NCBI GenBank assembly: GCA_043819555.1
Contig: JBDREQ010000073.1
Location: forward strand, 192,001 to 256,000
Length of the DNA stretch: 64,000 nucleotides
Direction: 5' to 3'
Source of the DNA: Candidatus Zixiibacteriota bacterium
GTDB lineage: Bacteria; Zixibacteria; MSB-5A5; GN15; JAAZOE01
The position numbers and the translations under genes were made by a program. A model generated the notes under the pieces. That model was not told the origin of the DNA, made no database searches, and saw nothing but the letters and a program-made list of their open reading frames with translations. Shown piece by piece: positions 38,439 through 47,896 of the stretch (its first letter is position 1; every line of letters starts with the position of its first letter).

Positions 38439-40451
38439 ATGAGTGCGTCCAATACAAAACAAGTCGGTAAAGATCCGGAAATGACTATAGAACAATTGAA
38501 AGAACGCGCCAATTATATGCGCGGTTTGAATTTAATATCGCTTTGTTGCGCAGGATCAGGTCACTCCGGCGGCACCCTTTCCATGATGGATCTTTTGGCC
38601 GCATTATACTTGAAAGTCCTCAAACACGACCCTCAAAATCCGTTCTGGGAAGATCGTGATCGGGTAATTTGGTCTGCCGGCCACAAAGCCCCCGCGCTAT
38701 ATGTTTCTCTCGCAATGTCGGGTTATTTTCCTGAAGAACAACTTTCAAAATTGAGAGCCCTGGGTTCGCCATTCCAGGGACATCCTCATTGGAAGGATTT
38801 ACCTGGGGTCGAAATTTCCTCAGGTAGTTTGGGACAGGGGTTCTCCGTCGCCGTTGGCGTCGCCTTAGCCGCCAAGTTAGATAAAAAAAATTATCGAGTT
38901 TTTGTCATCTCATCCGATGGCGAACAGCAGGAAGGCTCCATGTGGGAAGCGGCTATGGCGGCTTCCAATTTCAAACTGAATAATATGATTATGATTTTGG
39001 ATCGTAATCGACTTCAGATTGATGGTCCAACTGAGGAAGTAATGGCTCTTGAACCGCTGGCCGATAAATATCGCTCCTTTGGCTGGAATGTAATTGAAAT
39101 AGACGGCCACTCAATCGAAGAAATACTACCGGCCTTGGAAAAAGCATACAATAATACTGGTGACAAACCGACTGTGATTTTGGCAAACACAATCAAGGGT
39201 AAAGGTGTCAGTTTCATGGAGAACGTAGTTGGATGGCACGGTAAACCCCCAAACCGCGATGAGCTCGATAAAGCTCTCGAAGAATTGGGATTAACAGAAA
39301 CCTTTGATAAAGATAAATTTTTCAAAATCGCCAATGATTACCAAACGGAAGTCGAATCCAGATTAACAGCGCAACTTCCCAAGTTTTCCAAAGATTTTTG
39401 GTGGAACAAAAATGACAAAATGAAAGTCGATATGGACCCCACCCGTAAGGGAATGGGGCGGGCTTTATCCGAATATGGTGACGATGAGCGAATAGTTTGT
39501 ATCGGTGCCGATATTTCCGGTTCGATAACTATCTCAGAGTTTTTCGCCAAACATCCCGAACGTCTCAATCGCTGGTTCTCAGTTGGTGTTGCCGAGCAGG
39601 GTGCGACAACAATCGCTGTTGGTTTGGCCAAGGAAGGCAAAATTCCAGTTTTTGGGACATATGGAGTCTTTTCATCTGCCCGAAATCTGGACCAGATTCG
39701 AGTATCGGTCTGTTACGGTGATTTCAATGTCCTCATCGTCGGCGCCCATGGCGGCGTATCGGTCGGACCTGATGGAGCCACGCACCAGGAACTTGAAGCC
39801 CTGTTTCAAATGTGCGGTCTGCCAAATATGCATGTCGGCGTACCGTGTGATTCGGTGGAAACTAAGCGGATGACTAAGGCGATGCTTTTTGATATTGTTG
39901 GCCCCAAATATATTCGTTTTGCGCGTGAATCTACGCCAATTATTAGTACCGAGAAAACACCATTTGAATTTGGCAAAGCCAATATTTATCGCTTCAGGGG
40001 AGAGCAGGAACGCTTCATTGACGCTTTCGATGTCTGTTTTGCTGACGAATATAAAAATGAGAATGAAGATATCGCTCTGATTGCCTGTGGGCCGGAAACG
40101 GCCGAAGCCTGCCGGGCAGCATGGATTCTTAAGAATGATTTCAATATTGAGGTGCGCGTTGTCAATTTACATACTCTTAAACCTCTTGACAAGCCCGCAA
40201 TAATCAGAGCTGCGGAGGAAACGGGCGCCATATTAACCTGTGAAGAGCACCAACGGGGAGGTATGGGCAATTGGATTGCCTCTACGGTTATGTGCGATTC
40301 AAAATTGGCCGACAAAAAAGTGCTGTTTGATATGCTGGGTGTGGCCGATCGCTTTGGCGAATCAGGTAAATCCTGGCAGTTAATCAAAGAATTTGGTTTA
40401 TCGGCCGAGCACATCGCCGAGAAGGCTAAAAAATTAGTGGATAAAAAATAA
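38439..40451 (+). CDS. tkt: Transketolase (single chain, N- and C-terminal halves)
   Basis: SGHSGG, SAGHK, QGHP, GSLGQG, SDGE..EG TPP motif; GVAEQ, GPDGATHQ, EEH. Confidence 0.92.
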   Translation: MSASNTKQVGKDPEMTIEQLKERANYMRGLNLISLCCAGSGHSGGTLSMMDLLAALYLKVLKHDPQNPFWEDRDRVIWSAGHKAPALYVSLAMSGYFPEEQLSKLRALGSPFQGHPHWKDLPGVEISSGSLGQGFSVAVGVALAAKLDKKNYRVFVISSDGEQQEGSMWEAAMAASNFKLNNMIMILDRNRLQIDGPTEEVMALEPLADKYRSFGWNVIEIDGHSIEEILPALEKAYNNTGDKPTVILANTIKGKGVSFMENVVGWHGKPPNRDELDKALEELGLTETFDKDKFFKIANDYQTEVESRLTAQLPKFSKDFWWNKNDKMKVDMDPTRKGMGRALSEYGDDERIVCIGADISGSITISEFFAKHPERLNRWFSVGVAEQGATTIAVGLAKEGKIPVFGTYGVFSSARNLDQIRVSVCYGDFNVLIVGAHGGVSVGPDGATHQELEALFQMCGLPNMHVGVPCDSVETKRMTKAMLFDIVGPKYIRFARESTPIISTEKTPFEFGKANIYRFRGEQERFIDAFDVCFADEYKNENEDIALIACGPETAEACRAAWILKNDFNIEVRVVNLHTLKPLDKPAIIRAAEETGAILTCEEHQRGGMGNWIASTVMCDSKLADKKVLFDMLGVADRFGESGKSWQLIKEFGLSAEHIAEKAKKLVDKK

Positions 40452-40468
40452 CCATATAGGGGTAAATT

Positions 40469-41641
40469 ATGGACCTGGCAAAAAGAATGTCTCGCCTGGG
40501 TACTGAATCAGCATTTGAAGTTCTTGCCCGAGCCCAAAGGCTGGAAAAAGAAAAAGGCATAGAATATGTTCATTTGCAAATAGGTGAACCGGATTTTGCA
40601 ACGCCATCAAATATTTCTGATGCCGCGATAAAAGCAATTGGCGATGAATTTACTCATTATACGCCATCTCCGGGAATGCTTGATGTTCGTGAAGCAATTT
40701 GCCAAAACTATAATAAATTGAATAACGTCCGGTATAATCCGGATCAGATTGTCGTAACTCCCGGCAGTAAACCGATAATGTTCGCGCTTATTATGATGCT
40801 TGGAGAGCCCGGGGTTGAAATTATTTATCCCGATCCGGGATACCCGATTTATAAATCAGTGATTGATTTTTCCGGGGCGACGTCAGTTCCGATTCCATTG
40901 CGAGAAGAAAATGAATTCCGCCTGGACGTTGACGAATTGGCCTCGCTGGTTACTTCCAAAACGAAACTTCTGATAATCAATACCCCACAGAATCCAACCG
41001 GAGGAGTTCTGACCAGGGATGATCTTGAAAAAATATACAAGCTTGCCTGCGATAAAGATTTCTATGTAATGAATGATGAAGTGTATTCGAGAATCATCTA
41101 TGGCATGAAATTCGAAACTATCGCTCAGTTTGATGAAAAAAAGGAAAGAGTTATTGTTTCCGATGGATTATCCAAAGTCTATGCCATGTGCGGATGGAGG
41201 CTTGGCTGGGGAATGATGCCTCTTGAGCTGGCTCCGTCAATAGCCCGAATTCAGACTAATATCACTTCCTGCGCGACATCATTTGTTCAGAAAGCCGCAA
41301 TTGAGGCCTTACTGGGAGATCAGTCGGGAGCCAATAAAATGGTTGCCGAATTTGAACGACGCCGCGATTTTTTTGTTGATGGCCTGAATGACATTGAAGG
41401 ATTTTCATGTCTCAAACCGAATGGCGCTTTTTATGTCTGGCCCAACATCAAAAAAACTGGCTGGAAATCAGCCGATTTGGCGGAATATCTTATCACCGAA
41501 CTGGGTATTGCCGGTCTTTCGGGAACTGCCTTTGGCGCGGAAGGGGAGGGGTACTTACGCTTTTCGTATGCAAATTCAATTGACAATATTGAGAAAGCTA
41601 TTACTCGTTTAAAAGAAGCAATTCCCAATCTAATCAAATAG
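40469..41641 (+). CDS. Aspartate-type PLP aminotransferase class I
   Basis: IGEPDF.TP, NTPQNPTG, DEVY, GLSKVYAMCGWRLG, YLRFSYA. Confidence 0.92.
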   Translation: MDLAKRMSRLGTESAFEVLARAQRLEKEKGIEYVHLQIGEPDFATPSNISDAAIKAIGDEFTHYTPSPGMLDVREAICQNYNKLNNVRYNPDQIVVTPGSKPIMFALIMMLGEPGVEIIYPDPGYPIYKSVIDFSGATSVPIPLREENEFRLDVDELASLVTSKTKLLIINTPQNPTGGVLTRDDLEKIYKLACDKDFYVMNDEVYSRIIYGMKFETIAQFDEKKERVIVSDGLSKVYAMCGWRLGWGMMPLELAPSIARIQTNITSCATSFVQKAAIEALLGDQSGANKMVAEFERRRDFFVDGLNDIEGFSCLKPNGAFYVWPNIKKTGWKSADLAEYLITELGIAGLSGTAFGAEGEGYLRFSYANSIDNIEKAITRLKEAIPNLIK

Positions 41642-41663
41642 AGCTTTAATAGATTTATGCAAT

Positions 41664-41696
41664 AAGCCGGGATAATTTTTATCCCGGCTTTTTTTT
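41664..41696 (+). terminator. Intrinsic terminator
   Basis: AAGCCGGGATAA-TTT-TTATCCCGGCTT followed by T6. Confidence 0.9.
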
Positions 41697-41757
41697 ACGA
41701 CTGGCCAGACATAAGTTTTTGGTTGCCTTATGCGTATAATCTTAATATGGATATAAA

Positions 41758-42552
41758 ATGTTGCACGGAATAGTAACAGCCCCGGTTATTGACCTCAGGG
41801 CCGGGCCGGAATTTAAATCTGAACGTCTTAGCCAGGCTTTGTTTGGAACTCCGATTGAAATTATCGAGCCGGGGATAGAATATTCCCATATCCAATTAAT
41901 TGAAGGATATCGAGGTTGGGGAAAAAATAGCCACATCTTGCAGCTTAACTATGAGTATTGGAAAAAATATCTTGAAGCCCGCAAGTATATCGTTAAAAAT
42001 GATTGCGTAGTTCTCAAAACTAAATCCAAAAAACGAATCATCCCGCACCGGCTCTATTTCGGTACGCGGCTAATCATTTCCGAGGTCAAAGGCAAAACCT
42101 ATTTTAATATTCCGACCTGGAGAAAAATACAAATAAGTAAAAGCTCGCTTAAAGCTATCCCATTAAAAATCTCCAAAGGTATTTCCGGTGAAACCCTGGT
42201 TAAGACTGCGGAGAAATTTCTTGGCGTTCCATACCTATGGGGAGGAATCACTCCGGCCGGTTTTGACTGCAGCGGCCTTGTGCAGTCAGTATGCCGATTT
42301 CATGGAATCGAAGTGCCTCGAGATAGCAAAGACCAGAGAGGAGTTGGGTTTGCCATCGAACGCCGTGAGTTAAGGACGGGCGATCTGCTGTTCTTTGAAG
42401 GCCATGTGGCCATATCAAGAGGCGGCCTGGAAATAATTCATGCTAATCTTGGGCGAGGAATGATTTCATATGATTCGCTTGATCCCAAATCAGCAATTTA
42501 TCGGGAGGATCTCGACAAAGGATTCCTAATCGCCCGGCGGCTGTCATTATGA
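41758..42552 (+). CDS. SH3 + NlpC/P60 (C40) peptidase, YkfC-like gamma-D-Glu-peptide endopeptidase
   Basis: SQALFG SH3-like N-terminus; GVPYLWGG, GFDCSG, PRDS..Q, GHV, IHA. Confidence 0.88.
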   Translation: MLHGIVTAPVIDLRAGPEFKSERLSQALFGTPIEIIEPGIEYSHIQLIEGYRGWGKNSHILQLNYEYWKKYLEARKYIVKNDCVVLKTKSKKRIIPHRLYFGTRLIISEVKGKTYFNIPTWRKIQISKSSLKAIPLKISKGISGETLVKTAEKFLGVPYLWGGITPAGFDCSGLVQSVCRFHGIEVPRDSKDQRGVGFAIERRELRTGDLLFFEGHVAISRGGLEIIHANLGRGMISYDSLDPKSAIYREDLDKGFLIARRLSL

Positions 42553-43547
42553 AATGCGAGATTTCCCCGATTAAGTTAAAACTCAAGAATGATTTCGTCG
42601 TTGCCGGAGGGAAAGCTTCGATTAAAAATAACTTTGTTGTAAGATTGGATGAAATCGGTTTGGGCGAAGCCGCCGGTTCGATTCATTATGGAGTTGATGA
42701 TGATGTTATTTATAAAGAGTTAATTGAAATTGCCGAAATAATAAATCGTACTCAGCCTGATTTGGATGATTTCCTTAAATCAGCATCATTATATTACTCC
42801 TTGCCTGCTATATGCGCCCTGTCAACAGCCTGGCATGATCTTCATTGTAAACAAAATCAGAGCTATTTTTCCGGGCATTTCCATTTTCCCGAGCCCTTTA
42901 AGTATACTACTTCGCTAACCGTTTCCGTCGGTGATATGGAACAATTAAAGCAATTCTGGGCATCAAATATCCAAATAATAAAACTTAAAATGAACAATGA
43001 ATTATCTGAGGCAAAGAAAATTATCTCTTATATAAATCAAAACTCAAATGTGAAATATCGCATTGATGCTAACAGCAGTTGGGATTATCCCTTGGCGGAA
43101 TACGTTATAAAAAATGTAAAACCTTATAGAATCGAAATGATTGAACAGCCCTTCGATTACGATAAACCGAATTTGTGGGAACAGCTTAGAGCCAATACCG
43201 ACATCCCGATTATTATGGACGAATCCATTAATACTCCAGCTGATATAATTAGAGCCGCCAATATTGTCGATGGAGTTAATATTAAAATTCAAAAAACCGG
43301 AATGCTTGAAACCGTTATAGAAATGATTAAAACAGCCAGGGGGAATAATCTAAAAGTTATGCTTGGCTGCATGATTGAATCATCTATTGGTATTGCCACT
43401 GCGTATTCACTATCAGGTATGGCTGATTTTATTGATCTTGACGGGGCGCTTTTAGTTGAAAATGACCCCTTTGTTGGCTTATCTTACATTAATCAATATC
43501 TGAAGATAAATGGAAAGTATGGGCATGGCATCACGATGGCTGAATAA
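42549..43547 (+). CDS. L-Ala-D/L-Glu dipeptide epimerase (enolase superfamily)
   Basis: GLGEA, KLK, RIDAN, IEQP, MDES, NIKIQK, GCMIES, DLDG. Confidence 0.88.
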   Translation: MKCEISPIKLKLKNDFVVAGGKASIKNNFVVRLDEIGLGEAAGSIHYGVDDDVIYKELIEIAEIINRTQPDLDDFLKSASLYYSLPAICALSTAWHDLHCKQNQSYFSGHFHFPEPFKYTTSLTVSVGDMEQLKQFWASNIQIIKLKMNNELSEAKKIISYINQNSNVKYRIDANSSWDYPLAEYVIKNVKPYRIEMIEQPFDYDKPNLWEQLRANTDIPIIMDESINTPADIIRAANIVDGVNIKIQKTGMLETVIEMIKTARGNNLKVMLGCMIESSIGIATAYSLSGMADFIDLDGALLVENDPFVGLSYINQYLKINGKYGHGITMAE

Positions 43548-45462
43548 AACTCTTGTTTTTATCCTGACGCTGAATATTTTTGCCGTCATTATTTCAGCCG
43601 ATTCCCTCGATCTGAACGTAGTATACCCAAGGGATAACCAGACTCTGCCGCCGGTTGATTCATGTTTTATCTTTGGCTCGGTTTCTCCAAAAGCATCTCT
43701 ATTGATAAATGGCATTGAAGTAGAAATCAACAAAAACGGGGGGTGGCTCGCCTTTCTGCCGGTCAAACCGGGAGAATTTTCGTTCAACATTCGCGCCAAG
43801 AAAAACGGCATGGTTGAGGAAAAGACTGTTTTAATAAATATGCCAGATCTGCCCCGCTATACTTTCGATAGCATGTATATACAACCTGGGTCAATGACTC
43901 CTTCCCGAGAAACGTGGGTCAAAGCCGGCGATGTAATTGTACTGACGTTTAATTCACTTCCTTTTTGTAACGCCTTTTGCGTAGTTGAACCGTTTTGCGA
44001 TACCGTCTCGATGACGGAAGCGCCTGCGAGTAATTATTACACTGGAAAAAGCGTATTTGGCAGTGATGATAATATAAATGGATTAGTTCCGGAATCTCTT
44101 CTTGTCAGAGGAAAATATATTGGGCGATACACCGTGCCCGCATTTGCCGCAGATAGTTTAATATTTATTTATCATCTGTATCCTCCTTCCGAGGAGCAGC
44201 TGGAATGGATAAATAAATATCGACTCGATCTTAAACGTCAGGAGTTACCGACAGATAGAATTCGAAACCTAACCGAAATCATCTGTGATACTGCAATCGA
44301 ATCTGCAAAAATAATACATGACGATCTCGAACCGACAATTGAATTGGCCAATAGTATCAGCATTATTCGCACCGGCCCGGGTAAAGGTTACTTATGTATT
44401 CATCAACCAGCGGGCATAAGAGCCAAATTAATCGGCAAAGACGGCCGTTGGCTCAAAATCAGGCTTTCTGATTATCTGCATGGATGGATTATCGATACTG
44501 CTGCGGTATTGCTGCCGACGACAGAAAACGTTCCCCACTCATATATCAGGAATATTCAGACCAAAAACCAGGATGAAAAAGTATCAGTCATCGTATCGAC
44601 TTCAGGAAAGCATCCTTTCAAAATTGAAGAAAATATAAAAGAAAAATCTATCACGGTCAGTCTTTATGGCGCGGATTCCGATACCGACTGGATTCGTTAT
44701 GACAACGCCGATTCTCTTATTGATCATATTATTTGGTTTCAACCTGAACCGGGAGTTTATGCCGTAAAAATATATTTGACTGCCAATCGCATCTGGGGCT
44801 ATGATGGATATTATATCGGTAATGAATTCTGCCTCGATATCAAAAAGTTCCCGCGGGATAAAATCAGATTATCGCAATTTCGCTTTGTAATTGATCCGGG
44901 ACACTCGGAGAACAAAGGTGCTGTGGGTCCAACCGGACTAACCGAAAAAGATGCCAATCTTTATCTTGCGTTACAATTAAAAAAGCAACTTGAACGGGAA
45001 GGGGCCGAAGTTATCCTCACTCGCGACGACGATTCACATCTGCCTCTTTACGACAGACCCAAAATTGCAAAACGTGAAAACACAGATATATTCATATCGA
45101 TTCATAATAACGCCCTGCCGCCCGGAACCAATCCGTTCATCAACAATGGTACCTCAACCTTTTATTATCATCCGCATTCAGCGCCACTGGCACATGCCGT
45201 ACATCAATCATTGGCACGCAATCTGGATTTGAATGACTTCGGATGGTATTACGGAAATTTTGCTGTCATACGCCCAACTCAATATCCGGCGATATTAGTC
45301 GAATGCGCCTTTATGATGATTCCCGAGCAGGAAGCCGCTTTACGTACAGAGAAATTTCAAAAGAAAATAGTTCGAGCAATCATAGAAGGTGTCAAAGACT
45401 TCCTCCGCGGCCGCGCCCAAACGGAATGGGATATTCAACAAGAAAAATCCTACGGGCGATAG
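43510..45462 (+). CDS. N-acetylmuramoyl-L-alanine amidase (Amidase_3) with long N-terminal region
   Basis: Signal peptide; C-terminal IDPGH, TEKDANL, SIHNNA, LVECAF Zn-amidase motifs; start may be 43525. Confidence 0.9.
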   Translation: MESMGMASRWLNKTLVFILTLNIFAVIISADSLDLNVVYPRDNQTLPPVDSCFIFGSVSPKASLLINGIEVEINKNGGWLAFLPVKPGEFSFNIRAKKNGMVEEKTVLINMPDLPRYTFDSMYIQPGSMTPSRETWVKAGDVIVLTFNSLPFCNAFCVVEPFCDTVSMTEAPASNYYTGKSVFGSDDNINGLVPESLLVRGKYIGRYTVPAFAADSLIFIYHLYPPSEEQLEWINKYRLDLKRQELPTDRIRNLTEIICDTAIESAKIIHDDLEPTIELANSISIIRTGPGKGYLCIHQPAGIRAKLIGKDGRWLKIRLSDYLHGWIIDTAAVLLPTTENVPHSYIRNIQTKNQDEKVSVIVSTSGKHPFKIEENIKEKSITVSLYGADSDTDWIRYDNADSLIDHIIWFQPEPGVYAVKIYLTANRIWGYDGYYIGNEFCLDIKKFPRDKIRLSQFRFVIDPGHSENKGAVGPTGLTEKDANLYLALQLKKQLEREGAEVILTRDDDSHLPLYDRPKIAKRENTDIFISIHNNALPPGTNPFINNGTSTFYYHPHSAPLAHAVHQSLARNLDLNDFGWYYGNFAVIRPTQYPAILVECAFMMIPEQEAALRTEKFQKKIVRAIIEGVKDFLRGRAQTEWDIQQEKSYGR

Positions 45463-45470
45463 TAATTTAA

Positions 45471-45499
45471 AACCGGCGAATAATATTTATCCGCCGGTT
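45471..45499. terminator. Hairpin/terminator between convergent genes
   Basis: AACCGGCG...CGCCGGTT inverted repeat. Confidence 0.6.
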
Positions 45500-45521
45500 A
45501 AATCATATCTCAATTCCCATC

Positions 45522-47528
45522 TCAACGGCATTTTTCAGCCTTTTTTGAACATCCAGAGTTATTACACCACGGCGCCGGTCCACCTTTGAACACATGATTT
45601 ATAATATACACGGCATCTCCGACGTTGACATTACAATCTCCATTGGCATCACCATCGCCCTGGCTCCGTGCCCTCTGGAACCATCTTTAAATATAAGATT
45701 AATTAGAAATACGGCATCGCCAACATTACTTTGCCCGTCTCCATTTGGATCGCCGGGATAATAACAATAATCGTTATCACAGCAGAGGCAAAACCATGTA
45801 AAAATTTTATCGCTTTATCAGCTTCAGCCAGGAAATCGGTTTCGCCAGTACGCCCGGTAATCAAAGCAAAGAATATCTCAATCGGCGTACTCTCAGAAAG
45901 ATTAAACTCCCCAAAGGTCGCCAGCATTGTCAAGTCGGTGTAAATCGAATCTTCAGATCCGGTAACCGATTCCCATGGAACATAACCTTCAGTTGTCAGC
46001 ATCAACTCATAGATTGGCCCATTAGGAAGCGGTGCATCGTTTCCGTAATGTCCTGATTTAGAAACCCAGGTAGCATTATCTAATGTCATTGCGTTTTTGG
46101 GAGATGAAACATCCGCAGAAGGAAAAAACCGAACACCGGCAAAACGGTCATCCGATTGCTGCCCAATACCGCATTCGGCCAGCGCTTCGGCTTCCCCATC
46201 ATTGTCTGCCTCTTCCCCTGATAAATAAAGAAGTTCTCGGGCGTCGTCGGCGTAAGAAATATTATCATTGCCCGAGTCAGAAGGCACATTCCAATCCTAG
46301 GCATACCCAATTAAGACGTCATTCTTTGCTCCCGATGCGCTCATAACCAATAATCTTACACCAATAAATTCACAAACTGTATCACCCTGATGTATGTAGT
46401 ATTCAACCGTTAAATTGATAGTTGAATCAAAAGTAGTAAAATCTCCGGCAGCGATAATATAATCTGGATCGCTGGTTTCATCGATTCGCAAATCACTCAG
46501 AGCTCTAAATGTCCGTGGGTCAAAGTTGCTGGTGGAAAATATATCCGTACATAACCTTACTTCACCGTCATCCCATACTATCACCGGCGAACCGTCGTAA
46601 AGATACGTTCTCGCGTCCGCATTCCCGAATGTATCGCAGTCATCAATATAATCCATCGAATAATCAGGCGTCATGGCTCCTAATCGGCCGGTATTTGAAA
46701 TCCTGATCTGTTTACAGGTCGTCGCCAGATCAGCATATTGAGGTAAATAAAACTCAGAAGCACCGTCAAACAAACCGGTATCTGCCTCGGACTGTCCGGT
46801 CCTTCGTGATTAATACTTATCATCGCCTCGATTGTCGTCGGATCGCCCACATCGGTCGAGGCCGTGAATTCAAATTCTATCTCGAGTGTATCCAATCCAC
46901 CTGCCAATATCGTTCCAGAAGATGGTGTAGCGGTAATCCAGCTATCGCCTTGTTCATAATAGATCGATATATCGAAATTATTATCCTGCGAACCAGCATT
47001 GAAAGCTCTCACAGTATCGTAAGTAACTTCCCCCGGCGCGGCCACCAAAATTTCATCCGTATAGCACAACCCGATTCCATCTCCGGCATCGTCTTCATAA
47101 TCGGTCAGATGTTTAACAAATAGACAAATCGGAAATTCGCGGGGAGAGGTATCGTCTAAATGAGTTATGGTAATATCAGCCTGAAAAGTATCCCCTTCTT
47201 GAGCCTCAGATGGAATCGTTATGGCAAATTCAACCGGATATGCCTCACCGCCTGCCGGAATTGAACTGGTTGTAACCGAAGGAGTAATCCATTCAGAGCC
47301 GTTGATATAGTTGATAAAGATCGAAAAACTATTATCAAACTGTCCCGCGTTGAACATATTGACGATTATGGTAGTATCCGTATCCGGAAACAGACCGATA
47401 ATAGTCTGTGCCGAACAAAAACCATCACCGGCATCGTCGGCATATTCAATTTGAGCGAGGGCGGTGATATTAAATAGAATAAAAATGGCGGGAATTAAAA
47501 CGAATAGTTTTCTTAGCCTCCCTGTCAT
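45522..47528 (-). pseudogene. Disrupted secreted multidomain protein (two tandem Ig-like repeats, central domain, C-terminal dockerin-like repeat)
   Basis: Signal peptide at 47528; frameshift near 46762 (..IPVCLTV|ASEFYLPQ..); in-frame TAG 46299-46297 (GYA*DWNVPSDSG); frameshifts near 45790 and 45665; dockerin-like GDPNGDGQSNVGDAVFLINLIFK and GDANGDCNVNVGDAVYIINHVFKGGPAP. Confidence 0.75.
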
Positions 47529-47662
47529 AATTACTTCCCCCTGATAAATTGCCCATCTTCCCCGGCGGTAAATAGCTGTGAGGTGGGAGACATTCCCCGT
47601 TGCTCGTATTAATAATATAAGAATGTTTAATTTTTATAAAAGCACTTTTTTAAGGGAAATAA

Positions 47663-47734
47663 TACCCCCGTCAGGAATCGAACCTGAACTTACAGCTCCG
47701 GAGGCTGTCGCGCTATCCGTTACGCTACGGGGGC
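47663..47734 (-). tRNA. tRNA-Arg(CCG)
   Basis: GCCCCCG acceptor stem pairing CGGGGGT, D arm, anticodon arm ACAGC-CTCCGGA-GCTGT, GGTTCGATTCC T arm; CCA not encoded. Confidence 0.96.
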
Positions 47735-47896
47735 AGAAACTTATGCCTATATTTGGAATCGATAAACTAAGTCGAAAAACCCGCCGTGTCAACTCTTTTG
47801 AATATCACCGTACCCGGTTGCAAATTAAAAGATTGACAAATGAAGCTCATAACTTATTTTCCCTTATTGCATGAATAAGGATGAGAGGCAATTGCT

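Noticed and set aside
46297..46299. In-frame TAG as pyrrolysine or programmed read-through
   Set aside because: The same gene carries three frameshifts, no pyl genes are present and it is not a methylamine methyltransferase; decay or assembly error is simpler.
45500..47734. Integrative element at tRNA-Arg(CCG)
   Set aside because: No integrase and no duplicated tRNA 3' end (att site) seen.
47578..47874. 98-aa plus-strand ORF
   Set aside because: Overlaps the tRNA on the opposite strand; spurious.
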